In this document: positions 25,761 through 39,370 of the stretch, one piece after another
Layout: every line of letters starts with the position of its first letter
How positions within the stretch are numbered: the stretch's first letter is position 1
Source: Leucoraja ocellata
Lineage: Eukaryota
DNA: 64,000 bases
Reading direction: 5' to 3'
Assembly (NCBI GenBank): GCA_036785375.1
Contig: JAWMAR010000175.1
Span: forward strand, 1,178,001 to 1,242,000
Position numbers and translations under genes: made by a program
Notes under the pieces: model-generated
What the model was told of the DNA's origin: nothing
The model's database searches: none
Seen by the model: the letters and a program-made list of their open reading frames with translations, nothing else

Positions 25761-26344
25761 GGATCAATGGTTCTTTATTGTTACGTGTACACTGCATAGA
25801 GTAATTCTTGCCCCAGTTGCCATATTTTGGCGATATTTACAAAAGAGAAAGGTCCAAAGCCCAAAGTTGGGTCCACGTGCTGGATGTACTGGAGCACCTC
25901 TGATCCAAGTGAGCATCAGGCTGCTGCAGAGCCTCTGTCACCCTCAGTCAGCTTGGCCCTGGTGCCGACGTCGCTCTCCTCGCCCGATCACCTCTGTGTC
26001 CCGTGCACGCCTCTTGTAGCCGACCTTGCGGGCGCTGGAAGCAATACCACGGCCCACTCCTTGCATCCGTCGCTGCCAGCGGCTCCCTCCTCCTCGGCTC
26101 TCCGGTCTTCGGGACCGAGCTCAGTGGCTTCCACGCTTCCACTGCAGGCAGCGGCCCTCCAGGTCCTTCTTCGCAGCGGCGAACTGGGCCTGCCGCCACC
26201 CATGGCTGTGTGCAACCCACTGGGTGCGTCCTTGTTCTCAGCAGCCGCCGGGTCCATCCTTGCTCTCCACACCGCGGCACATCCCAGGAGCTTTCAGGTG
26301 TACAGGGGTGTGAATCATCTGGTCCCTGGAAGCTTTGGCTTGCA

Positions 26345-27110
26345 ATAGACAATAGGAGCAGGATCAGGCCATTTGGCCCTCCGAGCCAGCACTGCCATTC
26401 AATGTGATCATGGCTGATCATCCCCAATCAGTACCCCGTTCCTGCCTTCTCCCCATATCCCCTGACTCCACTATCTTCAAGAGCCCTATCTAGTTCTTGA
26501 AAGTATCCAGAGATCCGGCCTCCACCGCTCTCTGAGGCAGAGAATTCCACAGACTCACCACTCTCTGTGAGAGAAAGTATTTCCTCAACTCCGTTCTTAC
26601 CCCTTATTCTTAAACTGTGGCCCCTGGTTCTGGACTCCCCCAACATCGGGAACATGTTTCCTGCCTCTAGCATGTCCAGACCCTTAACAATCTTATATGT
26701 TTCAATAAGATACCCTCTCATCCTTCTAAACTCCAGAGTGCACAAGCCCAGCCGCTCTATTCTCTCAGCATATGACCGTCCCGCCATCCCGGGAATTAAC
26801 CTGATGAAACTACGCTGCACTCCCTCAATATCAAGAATGTCCTTCCTCAAATTAGGGGACCAAAACTGCACACAGTCTGTAGTTACGACCCCGGGGAAAT
26901 GTCTGCGAGCTTTCACTTTATCCCAGCGCCTCATGATCTTGTACACCTTAGTAAGGTCACCCCTCAGCCTCCTCTGCTGTATAGAAACGTCCAGCCTATG
27001 CAACCTCTCCCTGTAACTCAAGCCCACAAGCCCAGGTGAATCTCTTCTACATCCTCTCCTTCCTGTAGTTGGGCGAGCAGAATGCACACAGTACACCATG
27101 AGTCTCACAA
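26345..27110 (-). mobile_element. CR1 LINE 3' fragments
   Basis: CVQFWSPNLRKDI and RMRGYLIETYKI peptides with a CR1 3' tail. Confidence 0.85.
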
Positions 27111-27913
27111 TTGCTTGAGCATTGGACTGGAGATCAGGCGAGATCCATGTTGTGAACCGTTGCCTGGGTGGTATTCCCACTCTGGGAGGACGAGTCGGTG
27201 GATGGGACCCCCCCTCCCGGCCACACAAACCAGCACGGTTGTTCATCCATTGTCTGGGTGGCCATCTATAATTGAACAAGAGTTTGGGAAACAGCCAAAA
27301 AGTACAACAGGTTTAGCCTCCCTGCAACAGGCCCAGAGAGGCAGGGAGTTTCCACCATTCTCACCTGGCTGCCGACTGTCACTAAAGGTTCGCCCTTCAT
27401 TCTGAGTGTGGGGTGTGAATCCCTGAATCCAAACCGGGCAGAGAATGGGCATTAGATCTTGCTGCTCTCCACTTAATGTGCAGTAAGATAGGAGGAAGAG
27501 AGGGCCACACCTGTACAAATGCACGTCAATGGCTTCAATGGTTCTTATTTGTAGGCACAGTAAAATTCTCTTCTTACATGCAGTCCAGTAGGGTATTGCG
27601 ATACCCAAGTACAATCTCCAAATAGCAAAGTGTACAGGAATAGTCCTCTGAGCCCCCTTGCAAGAGGCGCCAGGTTTTGGCAACGTTTCCAAAGCCCAGT
27701 CCTCACTCGAGCTCCTATGAGCGGGTCCTGATCCAGGCGAGCCCCAGGCTGCTGCTGGGCCTCCCGGCGCCACCTTCCACTTTCCCTTGCTGCAAAGAGG
27801 CAACACTTCCCGATGGCTGAGAGGTCAATGTATATAAGGAGTAAAGCAGAGAATCACTAAACTCTGACGTTTCAAGTCAAACTTTTAATGCGTTTCCTAA
27901 ATTATCTGTGCAG

Positions 27914-28006
27914 GTCATTCCAGAGACAAACTGCTGTGGATAATACTGGCTTCGTGTGGTCTAACTGTGCTGATGGCTGCTGTAATCGGTGCATGCTCAA
28001 TGTCAA
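27914..28006 (+). CDS. IgSF receptor gene, transmembrane exon (GHSRDKLLWIILASCGLTVLMAAVIGACSMS)
   Basis: tgtgcag acceptor, A|gtgagt donor, 93 nt, phase 1-1, ~22-residue hydrophobic stretch with no charged residue. Not in the ORF track. Confidence 0.85.
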
Positions 28007-30089
28007 GTGAGTGCTGATGTTCTCCAACTTTCAATGTAACGTTAAACTTCAACCCAGAAAGAAGCAGGCAACAAGCATGCTGGGAGTATTGTGTTGCTGG
28101 GAGTGATGTGGCCACGTTTCCATGTGCAGTAAACCCGTCTCTATCGATGGATCTGGGACTTTCCAAAGGCATTTCACTGAGGTTCCTGGCAAACATATTG
28201 AGTTCTCCAAATCATTGCTGAGTTCTGGCTCTGATGAGGGCAGGAGATAGACACCAAATGCTGGAGTAACTCAGCGGGACAGGCAGCATCACTGGAGAGA
28301 AGGGAGAGGTTATGTTTTGGGTCGAGACCCTTCTTCAGACTGAGAATCGGGGAGAGGGAGACTAGAGATATGGAAGGGTAAGGTGTGATGATGATAGATC
28401 AAAGCAGACGATAATAAGTAAATGTAGAATGGTTCATTGATGACTGAGGGGAAGCTGTCACCTTCATTTCTTTATCATCGTCAGCTTTGATCTGCCGTTT
28501 TCATACCTTACCCTTCCATATCTCTAAATTCCCTGTCCCCATGATGCCCAGTCTGAGGAAAGGTCTCGACACGAAACATCACCCATTCCTTCTCTCCAGA
28601 GATGCTTCCTGTCCCGTTGAGTTACTCCAGCATTTTGTATCTATCTTCAGTGTAAACCAGCATCTGCAGTTCCTTCCAACACATCTGATAAGGATGGCAG
28701 AGTGTCATGTGTGTCCCTTTATCCTTGTACATGACCTCTCCTCCTCCAGTAACACACTTGTGCACAAAGCTTCACCCTCAGACTGCACCGCTGTTTGCTG
28801 CTGGAATCCATTCATCCATCCATCATGTGGAATATTGCTCTGGGACAGTCCGGGACAGGCCCACCCTAGGGGACAACTGCTGCCGTCTGCTAGAGGGGTG
28901 ACGTGATACACAGAGACCATAGCACAGTACCGCACAGGAACAGGCCCTTCAGCCCACAATGTCCATGCTGAATACAATGCCAACTTAACTCAGCGGGTCG
29001 GACAGCATCCCTGGAGAACATGGCTCAGTGATGTTTTGGGTCCAGACCCTTCTTCATACTGATCTGAAACGTCATCGACCCATGTTCTCCGGGGATGTTG
29101 CCTGACCTGCTGAGTTACTCCAACACTTTGTATCTTTTTGTGTAAACTGACATCTGCAGTTCTTTGTTTCCCCTGTGGTATCTGCCTCAACCACCACCCA
29201 TGGCATTGCGTTCCAGGCCCCACCCCCCCACTGGGTAAACAAGAACTAGTCGCACACATCTACGTTAAGTGTTGCCCCTCTCACCTTAAAGACCGACTCA
29301 CTAGCTTTTGATTTTTCCATCCTGGGAAAAGAAATCAGAATGTCATCCATAATTTCACCACTCATCATTTTATATATTTCCCTAAGAGGTTCTCTCTCCC
29401 ATATTTTCCGGTTGCTAACTATTTTAACTCCCCCTCCCATTCCCACACTGGCCTTTCTGTCCTGGGCCTCCTCCATGGCCAGAGTGAGGCCCAGCGCAAA
29501 TTGGGAGTACAGCACCTCATATTTTGCTTGAGTAGCTTACACCCTAGCGGTATGAAATGGAAGTCTCCAATGTTAGGTGACCTCTACACATACTTCCCTC
29601 CCCCTTCCCCTCCATCTCCCCCCCCCCCCCTCAACTAAAAGTGGGCTAACCAGTTCACAGTTCATAATGACTCGAAATGTCACGCAGTCCTTGTCTCCAG
29701 AGATGCTGCCTCACCCGCTGAGTTACTCCAGCATTTTGTGTCGACTCAAAGTGTTTCTGTTGTTTTTCCATCCAGCAGGTTGTTGGTTGTTGATTTGTTA
29801 TCCGCCCTCTACACAAACACAAAGGTTCTCATGACAGCGTTTCAAACAGTAGGAGACGTTTTGTCCCCAGTGGCCTGACCCACTAATTATCACATTCCCC
29901 TCCTCACAACATTGTTGTTGTCACCTTGCAGTTCATGCAGTAGAACAGTTCAAGGATACGCGATGGATGGCCTTTAAAATGCTGTGGGAAATGGTCAGGT
30001 TATGAGGGGCAGTGAGATCATTGTATTCACTGACATCCCTCCTCACACCGTCGACTTTGACAAGGTCAAGTTCCCATCTTCTCAGTTCA

Positions 30090-31560
30090 TTCATGATAGG
30101 AGATGAATGAGCCCCATTCGGCCCATCAAGTCTACTCTGCCATTCAATCATGGCTGATCAATCTCTCCCTCCTAACTCCATTCTCCTGCCTTCTCCCCTT
30201 AACTAATCACAAATCTATTTATCTCCGCCTGAAAAATATCTATTGACGTGGCCTCCACAGCCTTCTTATTTCCACAGATTCACCACCCTCTGACTAAAGA
30301 AATTCCACCTCATCATCTTCCTAAAAGCATGTCCTTTAATTCTGAGGCTGTGACCTCTGGTCCTAGACTCTCCCACTATAGACAATAGACAATAGGTCTA
30401 AGCAGGAGTAGACCATTCGGCCCTTCGAGCCAGCATTGCCATTCACTGTGATCATGGCTGATCATCCACATTCAGTACCCCGTTCCTGCCTTCTCACCAT
30501 ATCCCCTGACACCACTATCTTTGTCTAACTCTCTGGAAAGCATCCAGAGAATTGGTCTCCGCTGCCTTCTGAAGCAGAGAATTCCCCAGATTCGCAAATC
30601 TCTGTGTGAAAACGTTTTTTCTCATCTCCTTCTAAATGGCTTACCCCTGATTCTTAACTGTGGCCCCTGGTTCTGGACTCCCCCAACATCGGGAACATGT
30701 TTCCTGCCTCTAGCTCGTCCAACCCCTTAATAATCTTATATGATTCAATAAGATCCCCTCTCATCCTTCTAAATTCCAGTGAATACAAGCCCAGCCGCTC
30801 CATTCTATCAACATTTGACAGTCCCGCCATCCCGGAAATTAACCTTGTGAACCTACGCTGCACTCCCTCAATAGCAACTTCCTCAAATTTGGAGACCAAA
30901 ACTGTACACAATACTCCAGGTGTGGTCTCACTGGGGCCCTGTACAACTGCAGAAGGACCTCTTTGCTCCTATACTCGACTCGTCTTGTTATGAAGGCCAA
31001 CATGCCATTTGCTTTCTCCACTGCCTGCTGTACCTGAATGCTTACTTTCAGTGACTGATGAACAAGGACCCCCAGATCTCTTTGTACTTGACCCCTTTTC
31101 CCAACTTGACACCATTCAGATAATAATCTGCCTTCCTGTTTTGGCCATCAAAGTGGATAACCTCACAATCATCCACATTAAACTGCATCTGCCATGCATC
31201 TGCCCACTCGCCCAACCTGCCCGAGTCACCCTGCATCCTCATAGCATCCTCCACACAGTTCACACTGCCACGGTGCCACCCAGCTTTGGGTCATCTGCAA
31301 ATTTGCTAATGTTACTTTGAATCCCTTCATCTAAATCATTGATGTATATTGTAAATAGCTGCAGTGGTGAAAACATCCTCTCCACATCCACTCTATCCAA
31401 GCCTTTCACTATTTGATAAGTTTCAATGAGTTGAAACTCATTAACATGTTCATGTTCATAAGTGATGGGAGCAGATTTAGGCCATTCGGCCCATCAAGTT
31501 CACTGCACCATTCTATCATGGCTGATCTATCTATCCCCCCTGCGTACTCCCCATAACCCC
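30090..31560 (-). mobile_element. Cluster of CR1 LINE fragments
   Basis: CR1 RT C-terminal peptides in ORFs 30654-30911, 30839-31021 and 31048-31263. Confidence 0.85.
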
Positions 31561-31719
31561 TGACACGTGTATCATTTTCAGCAGTGTAGTTCAGTGCCCC
31601 GTAGCTGAATGTGTCCAATGTGATTTTAAACCATTCACCTTGCTGTAGTCAACATGGCTTGCACACTGCAGCTGTTGAGCTGAGTTCCCCTTAGAGTTTT
31701 CCACTTTGGTTTATTGCAG

Positions 31720-31853
31720 TGAAGAAGGAGGTGAGATCGATAAAGTCCAGGGCGGAGAGTGTAGAGAATGTGGAGCCGGTGAGGACGGAGCACCTTGGGA
31801 ATGAACATGCCGTCTACCATCTGCTCGGACAGGGCTGTGCCCGTGAATCATGA
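31720..31853 (+). CDS. IgSF receptor gene, candidate terminal cytoplasmic exon (MKKEVRSIKSRAESVENVEPVRTEHLGNEHAVYHLLGQGCARES*)
   Basis: Strong acceptor ccactttggtttattgcag, phase 1 compatible with the TM exon, basic membrane-proximal residues, a YxxL motif and an AATAAA at 32348. Intermediate exons could be missed. Confidence 0.6.
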
Positions 31854-32371
31854 ACGCACCCAGCAGAGGTCACCCCACAGTCACAGCATCGCAAACGTTC
31901 AGTCTCCACACAGTGTTCTTCTTCAAACCCGGCACCTCTCTTGCTGTCTACAGCTGGTGACTCATTCAATATTACTCTGGAAATTCTCCTGGTGAACTAA
32001 TAACTAAATATCTGTTCTATGTCGGGCAACTGGTTTAATGCTGCAATTTGGACAATCCCCTTCTGTATGAAGAAGGGTCCCGGCCCGAAACGTCACCTAT
32101 TCAAGTTCTCCAGAGATGCTGCCTGACCTGCTGAGTTACTCCAGCACTTTGTGTCTTTTTGTGTATTAACCAGCACCTGCACTTCTTTGTTTCTAGTACA
32201 TGTGTAGGCTTTGTGAAGCTCCGTGAAACACGATGTTGCTTCTTGAAGCTTGAAACTCTGTACCTCGGCTCTGAAACACTCTATATCGACGCCAGTCTCA
32301 AACTTCCCACCCTGTCTTTGCTCTCACTCTTTGGTGGGGCTCTGTGGAATAAAACCAGCAGGAGGTGAGGG

Positions 32372-32670
32372 GAGGCACAGTGGTAGAGCCGCTACTTCAC
32401 AGCGCCAGAGACCCGAGTTCAATCCTGACCTCGGGTGCTGCCTCTGTGGAGTTTGCACGTTTTCCCTGTGACCGCAAATGTCTCCTCCAGGCGCTCTGGA
32501 TTCATCGCACATCGCAAAGACGTGCGGGTTTGTAGGTTAATTGGCCCTCTGTAAATTGCCCCTAGTGTGGAGGGAGTGGACGAGAAAGTGGGATAGCATG
32601 GGACTAGTGTGAACGGGTGGTCGGTGTGGACTCGGTGGGCTGAAGGGCCTGTTTCCTTGTGGTATCTTTC
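32372..32670 (+). mobile_element. HE1-type SINE
   Basis: tRNA-like head (ggcacagtggtagagc...cccgagttcaatcc) and conserved body. Confidence 0.8.
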
Positions 32671-33114
32671 AATCTTCCAATCTCACATCCGTGATCAGAC
32701 GTAACATCCATGCTGCCTGATGTTTTGCTTCGTGAAATATGGGAATAAATGTCTCGAGAAATTGCACAACAAGTAAGTCCTCTCCTTCTATGAACCTGCA
32801 GGGAGGAGATCAGCGGACTCTTCTGCTGACTGGAATCATCAGTTTGACTAATTTTCCCCACATATTACCTCGGTTCAGATTCAGTGCGAAATCCACAGAC
32901 TGCCCTACATTGTCTATGAGCCACTCTTAATTCAGTAAATTCAGGGGGGGTGAGGGGGGTGGGATGCTAGAAAGGAGGGGTGGGGGTGGGATAATGAGGA
33001 AGGGTCTCAACCCAAAACGTCACCAGTTCCTTCTCTCCAGAGATGCTGCCTGTCCCGCTGAGTTACTCCTGCATTTCGTGTCTATCTTCTGGGGCTGGGA
33101 CAGGCCAAACAGTG

Positions 33115-34097
33115 AATTAGTTTATTGTCACGTGTAACGAGATTCAGTCAACAGCTTTTGTTGCAAGGTAAAGCCAGCAAAGTCCGATCAAGGATAGTCT
33201 GAGGGTCACCAGCGAGGCCGATAGTAGTTCAGCACTGCTCTCTGGTTGTGGTGGGATGATTCAGTTACCTGATAACAGCTGGGAAGAAACTGTCCCTGAA
33301 TCTGGAGATGTGCATTTTCACACTTCTATACCTTTTGCCTGATGAGAGAGGGTAGAAGAGGGAGTGGCCAGGGTGCGACTCGTCCTTGATTATGCTGCTG
33401 GCCTTGCCGAGGCAGCGTGAGGTATAAATGGAGTCAATAGGTTGGTTTGTGCGATGGTCTGGGCTGCGTTCACAATGCGCTGCAATTTCTTGCGGTCTAG
33501 GATGGAGCTGTTCCCAAACCAAACTGTGATGCATCCTGATAAAATGTTTTCTGTGGTGCATCTGTAGAAATTGGGGAGAGTTGCAGGGGACATGCCAAAC
33601 TTCCGAAGACTTCTAAGGAAATGGAGGCGTTTGTGTGTTTCCTTGGGTGTTGCTTCAATATGGGTGGTTCAGGAGAAGTTGTTGGTGATATTTACTCCAT
33701 GAAATTTGAAGTTTTCAACTATTTTTACGCCGGTGCCACCAAACTGGGGTGTGTGAACCGCTTCACTTCCTGAAGTCAATGACTATCTCCTTTGTCTTGC
33801 CGACATTGAGAGAAAGGTTGTTGTCTCAACACCAGGCCCCAAGGTTCTCAATCTCCTTCCTGTAGTCCATCTCATTATTATTTGATATCTGGCCCACAAC
33901 GGTGGTGCCGTCTGCGAATTTGAACATTGAGTTATATGTGTACATGGCTGCACAGTGGTGGCTGTACAAGGAGTAAAGAAGGGGCTGAGAACACATCCTT
34001 GTGGAGCACAAGTGGTGTGGATTATCGTAGATGATTTGTCCCCTATCCTCACTGATTGGGGTCTGTTGGTCAGGAAGTCGAGGATCCAGTTGCATTT
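33115..34097 (-). mobile_element. Rex1/Babar-like LINE 3' fragment
   Basis: [38 protein letters not shown] and HPGHSLF..LSSGKRYRS. Confidence 0.85.
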
Positions 34098-34109
34098 TAT
34101 ATGTATCTA

Positions 34110-35960
34110 ATGTCCTTCCTCAAATTAGGAGACCAACATTTCCACAGCACTCCAGGTGTGGTCTCACCAGGGCCCTGTACAATTGTAGTAGGACCTCCTT
34201 GCTCCTAAACTCATATTCTCTCACAATGAAGGCCAACATGACATTAGCTTCCATCACTGCCTGCTGTACCTGCATGTTTACTTTCAGTGGCTGATGTACA
34301 AGCACACCCAGGTCACGTTGCACCTCCCCTTCTCCTAATCAGACATAATTCAGATAATAATCTGCCTTCCTGTTCTTGCCACCAAAGTGGATAACCTCAC
34401 ATTTATCCATATTATACTACATCTACCATGCTTCTGCCCACTCACCCAACCTATGCAAGTACCCCTGCAGCCTCATAGCATCCTCCTCGCAGCTCACACT
34501 GCCACCCAGCTTTGTGTCATCCGCAAACTTAGAGATGTTACATTTAATTCCCTTGTCTAAATCGTTAATATATATTGTAAACAACTGGGGTCCCAGCACT
34601 GAGCCTTGCGGCGCCCCACTAGTCACTACCTGCCATTCTGAAAAAGACCCGTTAATTCCTACTCTTTGCTTCCTGTCTGCCAACCAGATCTCTATCCATG
34701 TCAATACCCTACCCCCAATACCATGTGCTCTAATTGCACACTAATCTCTTGTATGGGACCTTGTCAAAGGCTTTCTGAAAGTCCAGATACACCACATCCA
34801 CTGGCTCTCCCTTATCCATTCTACTTGTTACATCCTCAAAAAATTCCAAAAGATTAGTCAATATTCACAAATAATTCACAATAAAACATGATTTTTAAAT
34901 CTCATTTACATTAATTTATAGGCCAAATGGAAGGAATTTAGTGTTTAATTGCTGTAAATTAAAGTCCATTTAAATCAGCTTTCTAGTGGGATCCTGTGAA
35001 CGCGCTGGTTTAGAACGTTCACATTGCGCTAGATTTGTGCCCTCAAATGCCCAGAAAAATACTGCGGGATATAATGGGCCCAAAATTAGCTACTCGCAAC
35101 TTATAACTTTGTATAAAGGGATCTTAAGAAGCCCTTTTTAACGTAAAAATAAACAGCCTTATTTCCGTTTTCCCCTGTATGAGATCCGACCCGTTGTCGG
35201 CGGTCGGGGGTTTAGAGGTTAATTTTTAACCTACTATAACAAGTAAAGAAAGCCCTTAAAACTAAAAATAGCTCCAGCTACGGAATCTTCCAGCAATTTT
35301 TCGTTAATAATTAACTAGGCTGAAAAACCTCGATTTGAACAGCCTAGTGAAAAATTGCGTTTTAAACCCGCCCCCCTCTAAACGGCGCCAAAACCGCGCA
35401 CACGGGCTGGGACAGATTTTCAGCGACGCTTCAGGTAGGCTTTGCAACATACCTAATTAAAGTCACCCATGATAACCGCTGTACCTTTGCTATACACTTC
35501 CCTAATTTCCTGCTTGATGCTATCCCCAACCTCCCTACAACTGTTTGGTGGTCTGTATACAACTCCAACAAGCGTTTTCTGCCCTTGGCTATTTCGCTGT
35601 TCTACCCATACTGATTCTACAGCATCCAAGCGAATGTCTCTCCTTGCTATTGCACAAATCTCCTCTTTAACCAGCAATGCCACCCCACCTCCCCTTGCTT
35701 TCTGTCTATCCTTCCTGAATATTGAATATCCCTGCATGTTTAGCTCCCAGCCTTGGTCACCCTGGAGCCATGTCTCCATAATTCCAACTATATCATATCC
35801 CTTAACTACTAACTGCGCATTCAATTAATCCACCTTATTTCGAATGCTCCTCGCATTAAGATGCAATGCTTTCAGGTTAGTTTTTCTTATCTCCCTTGTA
35901 TATTTTGCTTCTGCCCTCCTTCTATGGCCCTCTGCCTGCTTGCATTGGGTCCCATCCCGC
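34110..35960 (-). mobile_element. CR1 LINE pieces (RT 34110-34860; APE endonuclease 35455-35900), separated by an unrelated ~590-bp insert
   Basis: PQGSVLGP and ISKFADDTKL for the RT; LNARSIRNK, IMETWL, YRPP and IMGDFN for the endonuclease. Confidence 0.9.
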
Positions 35961-36644
35961 AGCCCTGTTCGTTTAAATGTGAACTTTAGTGCACGCTCTC
36001 CAAACAGAGGGTGTGTCTGTGCAGTGACATGAAGGGTCTGAGCAAAGTTCATGCTCCGCTCTATGACCTTTGGGTCTGAGATAAACAGGACACGTGTTGC
36101 TGAGATGGTGGAGTCAGGGACAGGACTGTTTCACCCACAGCAAATGGAACTAAAACCACCAAATATAACATTGTCTCAGATTCACTCTCAACCATTCCCC
36201 TGAGCTGAAGTTATCCACCCTGGGAAAAGTCCATTGAACAGACGACTAGATCTTGTTAAAGCATTTACAGTGAAATATGAAGAAATAAATGCAACTGCAC
36301 TCAGAGTAGACTTTGAGGTCATTAAGATAAGCCTTTGATAATTGATATTGTCATGTGTATTTGAGCCTCAGCAGTCGTACCGTACTCGACCGGGGCGCAG
36401 TCGTACGTTTGTGTTTCATAAAAAAACAAAATAGCAAAACCTGGACAAATACAATATCGTTGGGGGTTTGCTATTACTGGTATAACTTCACAGCGGCGAT
36501 CACACTGAAGCCAATGATGTTGGAGATTAATTTTATCATCATATAGATCAGTTCTGTAGACTTTACACCTATTAAACTGCCAGCTCGTTCACCAATTATG
36601 CATTTTCTCGTCATGACTGATTTTCTGGGAATGTGGGAATAATC

Positions 36645-37135
36645 AATCAATCAACCTTTATTGTCATGTTGCAAGCAACAGTTGTTACAGTGCAAAATGA
36701 AAAGACGTTTCCCAGGGAATAGCGGAGCATCGCACATGAAATTTAAAACATTTCACACATAATAACACTAAAAACAATCCAGTCCCTGATGGAACAGTAT
36801 AAATAGCTAAAAGCAGGTAAAACAACAACGTTAAAATACAGTAAAACCAATCATAAAAATGTCCGGGGCAGCTGATTTGAGTGGCCAGTGCCAGTTATTA
36901 AAGTGTCCGTGCCAGCCGCAGAATCAGGTGACTGTGAGTACAGAGTGACTGTTTAGCAGTCTTGTAGTCCAGGCTTTGATGCTTCGATATCTCTTGCCTG
37001 ATGGCAGGAGATCCAGGTGTATGTGGAGGGGGTGCAGTTTGTCCTTAGCAATTCTCTGAGCTTTTTTCAGACAGCGGCTCTGGAGCCGTTCTTGTACCGA
37101 GGGTAGGGAGACGCCAATGATCCTCTTAACTTCCC
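36645..37135 (-). mobile_element. Rex1-like LINE 3' end
   Basis: RCLKKAQRIAKDKLHPLH..LLPSGKRYRSI, with a (TCAA)n tail at about 36643. Confidence 0.7.
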
Positions 37136-38179
37136 TCACTGACGGACAGAGAGAGAGAGGGGGAGAGACAGTGGGAGAGAAAGTGACAGAGAGACAGTGG
37201 GAGAGACAAACAAATGGAGAGAGAGAAGGGTGGAGGGGAGAAAGAGAGATGGAGGGAAAGTGAGAAAGAGAGAGAGAGATGTCAGAGGTGTGTGGGTGTC
37301 CACTGGCCTTGTGAACATGACAGTGGTGTCGCTCACACTGGGGAGGGGGGGTGGTACAGGCCTAGCCGTCTCCCCTGGCCCACTGCCAGTGAGCCCAGGC
37401 AGCAGCCTCTCATGGGAGCAGGGTCAAAGGACAAAACTCGTCGCAGCTTTCACGGCCACAGGCCCATGGAACAAGAGCAAAGTCAGCTTACACCGCGAGT
37501 TGTCCACATCGATGCAGCAAGGTGCATTCAATGCAAGATGCATTCCATGCAAGGAACCAGTCATGCAAGATACATGCACCGCGAGTTGTCCACATCGATG
37601 CAGCAAGATGCATTCCGTGCAAGTGCTGCAATTTTACACGGAAGGTGGTGAGTGCCTGGAACACACTGCCAGGGGCAGTGGTGGAGGCAGGTGCGATAGT
37701 GGCATTTAAGAGGCTTTTAGGTAGGTGCATGGATATGGAGGGATCTGGGTCACATGCAGGCAGAGGAGATTAGTTTAACCTGGCATCATGTTCAGCACAG
37801 ACATAGTGGGCCGAAGGGCCTGTGCCTCTGCTGGGCTGTTCTATGTAATAAATCCCATTCATAGGCAGAAACAAAGGAGAGGTGGGGCAGGAGTTAGGTT
37901 GTGTGGCTTTATCCAATCTCTAATCGAAGGGGTGTTTACCTTCAGCCACTCTCAAACCTACCAACGATTCATTTCCCTGTTCAGCCAGTCTTACCTGATA
38001 CGCTCAGCTGGAAGTACAATCTCTCGAGGATCGAGTCATGTAACAAATATTACAGTCAACAATGAAGGCAAACAACATTCCAGACTGTTGCGAACCGATA
38101 AAAGCAAATAGAGCTGCCGGATAAAGAATGCAGAATGGAGGCAGAAAATGTACGGTAAGTCCAAGAGTATAGGAGGAGG

Positions 38180-39370
38180 GAGGTTCTACTGCAGTTGTAC
38201 AGGGTCTTGGTGAGACCACACTTGGAGTATTGCGTACAGTTTTGGTCTCCTAATCTGAGGAAGGACATTCTTGCCATAGAGGGAGTACAGAGAAGGTTCA
38301 CCAAACTGATTCCTGGGATGTCAGGACTTTCATATGAAGAAAGACTGGATAGACTCGGCTTGTACTCGCTAGAATTTAGAAGATTGAGGGGGGATCTTAT
38401 AGAAACGTATAAAATTCTTAAGGGGTTGGACAGGCTAGATGCAGGAAGATTATTCCTGATGTTGGGGAAGTCCAGAACAAGGGGACACAGTTTAAGGATA
38501 AGAGGGAAGTCTTTTAGGACCGAGATGAGAAAATCATTTTTTACACAGAGAGTGGTGAATGCGGAATTCTCTGCCACAGAAGGTAGTTGAGGCCAGTTCA
38601 TTGGCTATATTTAAGAGGGAGTTAGATGTGGCCCTTGTGGCTAAAGGGATCAGGGGGTATGGAGAGAAGGCAGGTATGGGATATTGATTTGGATGATCAG
38701 CCATGATCATATTGAATGGCAGTGCAGGCTCGAAGGGCCGAATGGCCTACTCCTGCACCTATTTTCTATGTTTCTATGTTTCTAAAACTTATCATATCAT
38801 AGTCACTACATCCTAATGGCTCCTTAACCTTGAGTTATCTTATCAAATCTGGTTCATTCCACAACACTAAATCCAGAATTGCCTTCTCCCTGGTAGGCTC
38901 CAAGACAAGCTGCTCTAAGAATCCATCACGGAGGCACTCCACAAACTCCCTTTCTTGGTGTCCAGTACCAACCTGATGTTCCCAGTCTACCTGCATGTTG
39001 AAATCTCCCATAACAGCCATAGTATTAACTTTACGACATGTCAATTTGCACCCTATATCCAGGCTACTGTTTGGGGGCCTGTAGATAAGTCCCATTAGGG
39101 TCTTTTTACCCTTACAATTCCTTAGTTCTACCCATACTGACTCCACATCTCCTGATTCTATGTCACCCTTCTCAAGGGACTGAATTTCATTCCTCACCAA
39201 CAGAGCTACCTCTGCCCACCTGTCTGTCTTTTCGATAGGACATATACCCTTGAATATTCAGTTCCCAGTCCTGGCCCGCGTGCAGCCATGTCTCTGTAAT
39301 TCCCACAACATCATACTTGCCAATTACTAACTGAGCCACAACCTCATCCACTTTATTTCTTATACTTGCC
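38180..39370. mobile_element. CR1 3' end (+, 38180-38785) abutting a CR1 endonuclease fragment (-, 38800-39370)
   Basis: ORFs 38195-38590 and 38835-39200 (IYRPP, MGDFN, AILDLV). Confidence 0.9.

Noticed and set aside
22269-28006. NKp30/NCR3 orthologue
   Set aside because: It has a C1 domain and no charged TM residue, and the FG loop fits CD28H better. Not fully excluded without a phylogeny.
29776-30000. Alternative cytoplasmic exons for the receptor (acceptors at about 29775 and 29931)
   Set aside because: They give early stops or weak donors and no signalling motifs; they cannot be supported without transcripts.
32739-32778. ATG-initiated mini-exon with a strong GTAAGT donor
   Set aside because: No signal peptide or recognisable protein. 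It could be a non-coding 5' exon of HHLA2, but this is unsupported.
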